Source of the DNA: a virus
Lineage: Duplodnaviria; Heunggongvirae; Uroviricota; Caudoviricetes
Direction: 5' to 3' (one strand)
DNA: 15,814 nt
IMG/VR virus record: IMGVR_UViG_2531839555_000011
Location: 1-15,814 of that record
Shown here in pieces: positions 8,688 through 14,594 of this stretch. Numbering within the stretch: position 1 is the first letter of the stretch; each line of letters begins with the position of its first letter. Both the position numbers and the translations under genes were made by a program. The notes beneath the pieces were generated by a model. It saw nothing but the letters and a program-made list of their open reading frames with translations, did not search any database and was not told where the DNA came from.

Positions 8688-9110
8688 CTAAAAGGGTATG
8701 TTATCCCCATATGGATCATCATTCCCCGCCTGTTGCTTAGCCCTATTTAGAGCGTCAGTAGCCTGGCCCTGCTGGCCTTTTTTGCCACCAGGTCGCGCCG
8801 TTCTGGCACTGATTACGCTGTCTGCGATAACCTGCCAGCCCTGCCGCGTTTCCCCGTTCTGTCCGGTCCACTGGCTCACCTGCATGTTACCCGCCACGCT
8901 CAGGAGTTCACCCTTGCGGTGCTTTGCCAGTGCTTCGGCCTGTCTGCCAAACGCCAGGACGGATAACCACATCGTCGCCGTTCCGTCATCTGCCTGGCTG
9001 CACGGCAGGGTGACCGCCATGCTCGCCATAGCCATTTGTGTGCCCTTGCTGGTGGTCTTTAACTGTGGGTCAGCCACCAGCCGCCCGTAAGCCGCTATCT
9101 GTGCTGTCAT
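8688..9110 (-). CDS. Single-stranded DNA-binding protein-like
   Basis: 140 aa, OB-fold-like N-terminus, Gly/Gln-rich linker and an acidic C-terminal tip DDPYGDNIPF resembling the SSB ...DDDIPF tail. GGAGAG Shine-Dalgarno; ATGA overlap with the upstream 81-aa gene. Confidence 0.75.
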   Translation of the reverse strand: MTAQIAAYGRLVADPQLKTTSKGTQMAMASMAVTLPCSQADDGTATMWLSVLAFGRQAEALAKHRKGELLSVAGNMQVSQWTGQNGETRQGWQVIADSVISARTARPGGKKGQQGQATDALNRAKQQAGNDDPYGDNIPF

Positions 9111-9352
9111 GCTGTCTGCTCTCCGGTTTTAACGTTGATGGTTGTCACCTGTTCCGCTTCGGCAATCTCCCGTTCTGTCAGCGTGGCAAAGTTTGCAGCT
9201 GCCGTTGTCATGAATGAGCTAATCAGTTCGGGATGTGCTTTCGCATATCCTTCCCCGGCGTTGCGGTCGATGATTTTTATCGACACCCTTAACCAGTGTT
9301 CCGTCAAATCAAGGGCGTGCGATTGTGATTTTTTTGTGTGCTTCGCTGTCAT
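9107..9352 (-). CDS. Hypothetical 81-aa protein
   Basis: ORF translationally coupled (ATGA) to the SSB-like gene; weak Shine-Dalgarno. No family recognised. Confidence 0.5.
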   Translation of the reverse strand: MTAKHTKKSQSHALDLTEHWLRVSIKIIDRNAGEGYAKAHPELISSFMTTAAANFATLTEREIAEAEQVTTINVKTGEQTA

Positions 9353-9402
9353 AGGCTTTATCTCACAGCAGTAAATTAAAATTTTTGCGTTTTAACCCTT
9401 CA

Positions 9403-9626
9403 CCTGTTCACCTTTTGATATTTTATCTTTTAATTCATAATGTTAAGGGGTGAACAGTTTCACAAAAACTATTCACCAACTGTTCACCACTGTTCACCCT
9501 TGAAGCTCAATAAACAATCAAAAAGGTGAACAGTGAATAGTTTGGTGAACAGTTCATAAATAACTGTTCACCCTATAATATACTGATACAAAAGATATTT
9601 ATGACAGGGTGAACAGTGGTGAACAG
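9403..9626. repeat. Iteron-type replication origin (9 copies of GGTGAACAG/CTGTTCACC)
   Basis: Exact 9-mers at 9403, 9449, 9480, 9490, 9525, 9544, 9564, 9608 and 9618 in both orientations plus partial copies, with an AT-rich tract at 9574-9606, immediately 3' of the primase-helicase gene. Confidence 0.8.
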
Positions 9627-9639
9627 TTATTCCATAAGT

Positions 9640-11457
9640 TTAATTTTTGCTATCGTCATTAGTGACCGATACACATGATGGCATCCAGTCTTCTGATTCC
9701 TCCGTCAGTGTCACGTTTGAACGCAAACCGTGCTTCGTTTTCCGTTTCATATACTCCCTGCCATATTCCGCCATTGCCCCCGGCATATCTTTACCGAAGC
9801 GCGTCAGTGTTACAGGTTTACCAAACCCATGTGCCTTCATATAAGCCAGATAGGCATGATAGAGATACCTGCGCGGGCTGAATGGCACAATTTCAGCATT
9901 ACCCACTAACAGGCCATCACACATTACCGACGCCATGAGATAGCCGCAGAAGTCCACCAGCGAATCCCCCTCTCGCTTTATCGCCAGTGCTTCTTCAGAT
10001 TTCTGCTGCTCATATAACAGGCGTCTGGCTTCGTCCTGGTCAGCAAACCGTGTAAGCAGATGGCGAATCACTACCGCCAGCTCACCTTCTATTTTTTCCG
10101 CCAGCATTGGATCACGTTCGTTCTCCGGTACAACTTCCGAAAAATTGAATATCACCCGACGACGTGAGATCCCCCCGCTGCGGTCACTGAATGACATGGC
10201 GTTATTGTTAACCGCCAGCACTACTGCCGGAATACGCGTTGAGTAGGGGGCTTTGTGTTTCGGGTCAATTGCCACCTTGTCACCGCCTGTAATAGCCTTA
10301 ATCCCTGCCCCATCACCAGCGTAGCGGGTCATATCCGGCATGATAATCAGCGAAAAGCCAACCACTAACGCGCGTTCCCTTGCATCTTCCAGCGCCTTCA
10401 TGCTTGCCGATACTGTGTTGGCCTTACCCGCCAGCATGGTGCAAATCTCCGCCATCACGCTTTTACCACTTCCCCCTGGACCTGTTACCTCAATGAATAA
10501 CTGCCAGTCGTACCGGTTCGCCAGCACCATGAATAATGCAGCCAGTACGCGATCCGCCTTGCGGTCATTCTCAGCCACCGAACGGCGTAACCACTTCCAG
10601 AAATTCGGCGCATGTGTTGCCAGCGTTTCCCCCTCTGCTGGTGGGCTGAAAGGTAATTCACTGGCAATTAACAACCAGTCGTTTTTGTTATGCTCCCGAA
10701 AATTACCTGTTCTGGTATCAAATACCCCGTTACTGAATCCAATCAGGTTACGGGCTGTATTCCCCATTACAGGCAAACTTAACTTCATGGTATCGACCGC
10801 CGATTTAATGGCGTTCTGCGAATAGCTGATCTCCGCATCAATGAAAATCTGCGCCATAGCTCGCTGTAATTCTTTATCCTGTACTGGCTCCCATACAACG
10901 CCGTTGTAATGGTGAACAGTGTCAGAGTCGGCATGAATCGCCAGTTCACCGCCATAATGTGCCAGGAGAACTTCGCCGCGTTGACTTGCTCCCATCTGGT
11001 TAAGCGCCAGTGATGAAGCGTTATCGTCTTTTACCCGCTCTTTTTTCTTTACAGGCAGTTCAACTACCTTTTTCTTTTCCGCCAGCTCTGCCCGTTCACG
11101 TTCCAGATATTCGCGCCAGTTCTCCCGTTTCTGGCTGTGCATTCCTTCAGAGTAATAATCAGCATCCCTGACACCTGCCGCTGCCAGTTTCTGCCCGATG
11201 GTATTAACAAGCCCCGGACGCAATAACCCCGCCTGATAGAGACGCACGCGATAGCGTCCGTCCGGTACGATTTGCAGGTTGTCCAGTTCGGCAAGTTGTT
11301 GCTCTCCAAGCCAGACAGGAGGCACGTTATCGCCAGCCAGTCGCCCGTCCTGTTCCTGCCACTGTTTCGCATGTGCCCACGCATCACTACCCGCAAAAAT
11401 GATGACTTCCGTCATTTTGTCACGCGGCTGGTGTTTTAAATTTGGCGCTTTTTTCAT
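9640..11457 (-). CDS. Replication initiator: primase / SF3 helicase
   Basis: Start at ATG 11457-11455 (MKKAPNLK...) with GGAGAG Shine-Dalgarno; Walker A GPGGSGKS and Walker B-like LIIMPD; about 605 aa. Domain architecture consistent with P4/PICI primase-helicases. Confidence 0.85.
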   Translation of the reverse strand: MKKAPNLKHQPRDKMTEVIIFAGSDAWAHAKQWQEQDGRLAGDNVPPVWLGEQQLAELDNLQIVPDGRYRVRLYQAGLLRPGLVNTIGQKLAAAGVRDADYYSEGMHSQKRENWREYLERERAELAEKKKVVELPVKKKERVKDDNASSLALNQMGASQRGEVLLAHYGGELAIHADSDTVHHYNGVVWEPVQDKELQRAMAQIFIDAEISYSQNAIKSAVDTMKLSLPVMGNTARNLIGFSNGVFDTRTGNFREHNKNDWLLIASELPFSPPAEGETLATHAPNFWKWLRRSVAENDRKADRVLAALFMVLANRYDWQLFIEVTGPGGSGKSVMAEICTMLAGKANTVSASMKALEDARERALVVGFSLIIMPDMTRYAGDGAGIKAITGGDKVAIDPKHKAPYSTRIPAVVLAVNNNAMSFSDRSGGISRRRVIFNFSEVVPENERDPMLAEKIEGELAVVIRHLLTRFADQDEARRLLYEQQKSEEALAIKREGDSLVDFCGYLMASVMCDGLLVGNAEIVPFSPRRYLYHAYLAYMKAHGFGKPVTLTRFGKDMPGAMAEYGREYMKRKTKHGLRSNVTLTEESEDWMPSCVSVTNDDSKN

Positions 11458-11753
11458 TTCTGCTCTCTCCACGCGGCAATCATGTTTTTCAGTTCCTGTA
11501 GTTTTTTATCAACATCCATACATGACACATGGTTATTTCTGGAAAGCGGGATTTCCCGCCGGAATCTGCAAATAAAGATCTCCACGTTCAGCGAACTATG
11601 AAATGAATAGCCATCACGAATAAAATAAACACGGTCAAACATCAGCTCTTTTACCGTTACTCTGTTACCGTTCTTATCCAGATAAATAGCGCCGGGGATA
11701 ATTTTTGGGTGTGCATAACCGCTGGCAGTCAAGCCAGATAAATATGTTCTCAT
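11454..11753 (-). CDS. Hypothetical 99-aa protein coupled to the primase
   Basis: ATGA overlap with the primase start. About 38% GC, lower than the element backbone. No family recognised. Confidence 0.55.
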   Translation of the reverse strand: MRTYLSGLTASGYAHPKIIPGAIYLDKNGNRVTVKELMFDRVYFIRDGYSFHSSLNVEIFICRFRREIPLSRNNHVSCMDVDKKLQELKNMIAAWREQK

Positions 11754-11759
11754 GATTAT

Positions 11760-12080
11760 TTATCCCCGATTTGAATCAGTATTCGCTTTCTTTATGGCAT
11801 TTAATGCATCTGTGGCATTATCAATGGTGCACCGTAACGAAATATCAAACTGCCCAAGCATTGCCAGTAACAAGCCAATATTCCCCATGTCAATGCGCAT
11901 AGCCTTTTCGTCATATTCCTCATTTTCTGACGCATACCACATCAGGTTACCAATTGACGCAACAGCCATTGATATATTGTCAGTAGCCGCATCCGCAGCA
12001 GAATAAACCTTTTTAGCAATATCATGCTCACAGTTAAAATGCGGATTAATCAGGTACTGGTAATTGGTCATGTCAGGCAT
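11760..12080 (-). CDS. Hypothetical 106-aa acidic protein
   Basis: Strong AGGGGGG Shine-Dalgarno before ATG 12080-12078; AT-rich coding sequence. No family recognised. Confidence 0.55.
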   Translation of the reverse strand: MPDMTNYQYLINPHFNCEHDIAKKVYSAADAATDNISMAVASIGNLMWYASENEEYDEKAMRIDMGNIGLLLAMLGQFDISLRCTIDNATDALNAIKKANTDSNRG

Positions 12081-12276
12081 GGCACCCCCCCTGACGAATA
12101 CGGGCGGCGAATACCATCACGCAGCCAGCCGGGGATTGCTGGCGTGCTTCCTGTTCGCTGGTGGCCTCAATGGTAATCACGCGCGGTTGTGCCGTGCTCA
12201 GGGCGATAAAACGCCAGATGTATTTATTCAGGTTGTGCGAGTCCCGCCCTTGCGGGTGTGTGGTATGATTTAACAT
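12073..12276 (-). CDS. Possible 67-aa first gene of the leftward operon
   Basis: Internal ATG 12276-12274 of a longer spurious ORF, preceded by GAGGT at 5-nt spacing; overlaps the start of the 106-aa gene by 8 nt. Composition unusual, so low confidence. Confidence 0.4.
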   Translation of the reverse strand: MLNHTTHPQGRDSHNLNKYIWRFIALSTAQPRVITIEATSEQEARQQSPAGCVMVFAARIRQGGCHA

Positions 12277-12312
12277 AGCTACCTCGATACTTCTGCTATC
12301 GTTGGTGGTTAG

Positions 12313-12356
12313 ACGCCCCGTTACTGCTCCTACAGTGCGGGGCGTTGTTTTTTGTG
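12313..12356 (+). terminator. Hairpin plus T-tract in plus orientation (leader structure or terminator)
   Basis: ACGCCCCG..ACTG..CAGT..CGGGGCGT followed by TGTTTTTTGTG. It lies in the 5' leader of the leftward operon and upstream of the Arc-like gene; function ambiguous. Confidence 0.35.
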
Positions 12357-12370
12357 TAATGGTAAGTACA

Positions 12371-12419
12371 ATGGTAATTACCATGTAACTATAGTAATTA
12401 AGGGTAATTACCATGTCAA
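12371..12419. promoter_or_regulatory. Palindromic operators overlapping divergent promoters
   Basis: ATGGTAATTACCAT (12371-12384) and GGTAATTACCAT (12403-12414) 30 bp apart, plus degenerate half-sites. On the minus strand TTGACA (12419-12414), a 17-nt spacer and TACTAT (12396-12391) form a sigma70-like promoter with the second operator inside the spacer. Confidence 0.5.
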
Positions 12420-12586
12420 CACCATTAGAGAAACGATCGCCACCATACCAAATGCGACTACCAGAAGAATTTAGAGCGCAACTTGAGGAGGCAGCCAAGG
12501 CAGACGGCGACACCTCATTAGCTACTTGGATTAAACGAATACTCCGCAAAGAATTACAACAGCGCGGTATCGAGCCCAAAGGCTGA
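12413..12586 (+). CDS. Arc/Mnt-like ribbon-helix-helix repressor (57 aa)
   Basis: Translated by hand: MSTPLEKRSPPYQMRLPEEFRAQLEEAAKADGDTSLATWIKRILRKELQQRGIEPKG. The P-x-Y/F-x-M/L-R-L/W-P...IxxRIxxxL pattern matches the P22 Arc beta-strand plus two helices. Too short for the 60-aa ORF track; only plus-strand gene in the element. Confidence 0.7.
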   Translation: MSTPLEKRSPPYQMRLPEEFRAQLEEAAKADGDTSLATWIKRILRKELQQRGIEPKG

Positions 12587-12680
12587 CAGCCAACCAGCAA
12601 GCCAGCACACTGATCACATTGCCCACCAGCCGCAAATGTGGCATTGTTGGTGATGCGTTCAAGTTTAGTGTGTATCCATT

Positions 12681-12709
12681 GGCGACCGCCCCCGGTCGCC
12701 TTTGTTTTA
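12681..12709 (+). terminator. Rho-independent terminator (possibly bidirectional)
   Basis: Perfect 8-bp stem GGCGACCG-cccc-CGGTCGCC followed by TTTGTTTTAT; lies between the converging Arc-like and ORF6N genes. Confidence 0.7.
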
Positions 12710-13390
12710 TGCGCGATCATGTGCCGCCTCCCACTCATATTTATCGAAATCAATCTGCCCCATCGCATCTACCAGCCGTACCGCCGGACGCAGAACTTTG
12801 AGTTCCTTCTTGCGGAGATTCATTCCATTACTGCCCTGTGAGCCATGAAACTGCTTAGAATGCTTGTCCGCACGAGTCACGGCGTTTTGCGCATCAGTAA
12901 CCGGCATGGCGATCAGTTCTTCGAGCGACGGCAGATCCACATGATGGAAAGTGACAAACTCCGGGCAACGGAAATAAGCTTTCACGAGCTGGCGCTGTAC
13001 CTGCCAGGCCAAATCATCGTTAAACGGTTTGGTCAGCAGCAGATAGCCTGATTCCGTAATCAGTGTTACGCGGCCACGTATCGGACTGTTCATTTTTTTG
13101 CCAGGGCGTTTAATGCCCCTGTCTAAATATCCAGCCCCTCCCCATTCGACCTCTGACGCGCCGACAATAAAAAAGTCCTCACCATCAATGAAGCGAGTGC
13201 GATTACGCTGAAAAGTCTTTTTAGCCGTGTCTTTAGGTCGCTGGTGCGCGGTATCGATCATTGCGAACGTCACCACGCGTTGCCCGTGAAATTCGACGGC
13301 AGGAAACTGTTTAAGCTGCACGCTAATATCGCTTTTACTGGCAACAGGGTGAGCGAATCCCTGCCCGTTAAGGGCATTAATATTTTTCAT
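12707..13390 (-). CDS. ORF6N-domain antirepressor-like protein
   Basis: 227 aa. N-terminal GQRVVTF..ID..HQRP...FQRNRTRFIDGEDFF ... TESGYLLLTKPFNDDLAWQVQRQLVKAYFR matches the ORF6N signature of phage antirepressors as I recall it. 20 nt downstream of the AlpA-like gene. Confidence 0.75.
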   Translation of the reverse strand: MKNINALNGQGFAHPVASKSDISVQLKQFPAVEFHGQRVVTFAMIDTAHQRPKDTAKKTFQRNRTRFIDGEDFFIVGASEVEWGGAGYLDRGIKRPGKKMNSPIRGRVTLITESGYLLLTKPFNDDLAWQVQRQLVKAYFRCPEFVTFHHVDLPSLEELIAMPVTDAQNAVTRADKHSKQFHGSQGSNGMNLRKKELKVLRPAVRLVDAMGQIDFDKYEWEAAHDRA

Positions 13391-13410
13391 CTCTGATTAC
13401 CTGTGGTTAA

Positions 13411-13695
13411 TTAAGCAGATTTGCGGCTGTACGGGTTATTGACGTTTTCCACGGCAGGCGGATTACGAACCCACCAGAGCACATCCGAAAGAAGCCAGGC
13501 ACAGCTGTTGCGGCCAAAGTGACAGCGCGGCGGGAAGCGCCCCTGCTGTTCCATCTTCCAGCGGCTCGAACGAGAAAGACTGGTGATCTCGCTGCATTCA
13601 TCTTCGCGGATTCGGCGATCGAACTTGAAGCCGTACTCCTCCAGAATGGTGCGGCGTTGTTCAGGATTTGGCGGGGTAAAGGTGATAATTTGCAT
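13411..13695 (-). CDS. alpA: AlpA-family regulator/excisionase-like protein
   Basis: Start at internal ATG 13695-13693 with GGAGG Shine-Dalgarno. C-terminal SLSRSSRWKMEQQGRFPPRCHFGRNSCAWLLSDVLWWV matches the AlpA helix-turn-helix pattern (LSRSTIYR..G.FP.P...G.R...W...E...W). Confidence 0.8.
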   Translation of the reverse strand: MQIITFTPPNPEQRRTILEEYGFKFDRRIREDECSEITSLSRSSRWKMEQQGRFPPRCHFGRNSCAWLLSDVLWWVRNPPAVENVNNPYSRKSA

Positions 13696-13790
13696 GTTGC
13701 CTCCACTGTTTCTAAGTTTGTGGGGGCTATTGTTATCCTTGTGATTGGATGTCACACTAGACGAAAATTAAATTGTTTTGACCACCAAGA

Positions 13791-14594
13791 TTAAGGAAGA
13801 ATTTTTCTATCCTGAAGTTCTGACCTGATTTTTTCTATAGAAGAAATTGAGAAGATTTTTTCTATATTTGGCTTTACGGTTTGCGCTATCTGCGTTGAGT
13901 CATACTCTCCGTTCGGAAACACAGCCACAGCAAGCACGCCATTGGTGACGCATGCCCCGCGAGATTTAGCCCAGATCATCAAATCAACCACGGGGAAAAG
14001 TGAATAATCGTATACCTTTTTTTTAATTGTTTCCCATGACTGGTATGTTTTTTCCTTTTCTTTTATTTTTAATTCCTCACGCCAATTCTTGAGGTTTTTT
14101 TCAAACACATCAATCAATAAATCATCCGGGCGTGACAAATCAACTTTAATAAAAAGGTCATTTGGTTCCAAAAATGAGCTAACACTTGTAAATGAATGGT
14201 AAACTAAATTTTCAGCCGTTCCCGTAAAATTATTTTCCATATAATTATCTACAGCATCTTTCATATAAATAAAGTCTTCAATGGACATTGGTCGTAACGC
14301 AACCCCACCAGACAAAACACCTTCTCTTTTAATAGGAAGTTTAAACGCATCATAGAAGTACGTAGCTCTATCAATCGCATTAGCGACCGCGCCATTTCCA
14401 AGTATCCTTCCTACTTCATCGTTATTTGTAAGAGGTTCATTATAAAAAGACCCGCCATATCGATAGAAGTTTTCAAGCATGTCATATCTAACAACCAACT
14501 GATAAAATAAGTCTTTATCTGACATGCCAATAAATTGAGTGTAGTTATCTAAATCAAACCATGTTGGCAAATCTTTTTTGTGGCTAATTCTCAT
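13791..14594 (-). CDS. AT-rich 267-aa cargo protein of unknown function, coupled to int
   Basis: 804-nt ORF; 60-nt samples give about 25-45% GC against about 50% in int. ATG 14594-14592 overlaps the int stop as ATGA. No recognisable catalytic or DNA-binding motifs. Confidence 0.7.
   Translation of the reverse strand: MRISHKKDLPTWFDLDNYTQFIGMSDKDLFYQLVVRYDMLENFYRYGGSFYNEPLTNNDEVGRILGNGAVANAIDRATYFYDAFKLPIKREGVLSGGVALRPMSIEDFIYMKDAVDNYMENNFTGTAENLVYHSFTSVSSFLEPNDLFIKVDLSRPDDLLIDVFEKNLKNWREELKIKEKEKTYQSWETIKKKVYDYSLFPVVDLMIWAKSRGACVTNGVLAVAVFPNGEYDSTQIAQTVKPNIEKIFSISSIEKIRSELQDRKILP

Noticed and set aside
9403-9626. CRISPR array
   Set aside because: The repeat unit is only 9 bp, occurs in both orientations with irregular spacing, and no cas genes are present; it fits an iteron origin.
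8698-10825. Plus-strand ORFs antisense to the SSB-like and primase genes (8698-9090, 9135-9374, 10340-10825)
   Set aside because: They lie entirely inside well-supported minus-strand genes and have low-complexity Ser/Ala/Pro-rich translations typical of antisense frames.
12064-12273. Plus-strand 69-aa ORF ending 40 nt before the hairpin plus T-tract at 12313-12356
   Set aside because: Gly/Ala/Pro-rich composition, no convincing Shine-Dalgarno, and it fully overlaps the better-supported minus-strand small gene. The stop-then-terminator arrangement remains unexplained, so this is doubtful rather than excluded.
12413-12586. Arc-like RHH protein as the antitoxin of a toxin-antitoxin pair
   Set aside because: There is no co-directional partner gene; it is followed directly by a terminator, and its operators overlap the promoter of the main operon, so a repressor role fits better.
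12073-12768. 231-aa minus-strand ORF taken as one gene
   Set aside because: It runs antisense through the Arc-like gene, the operator/promoter region and a strong terminator, and its N-terminal two-thirds is low-complexity. Only the last 67 codons, with their own Shine-Dalgarno, were kept at low confidence.
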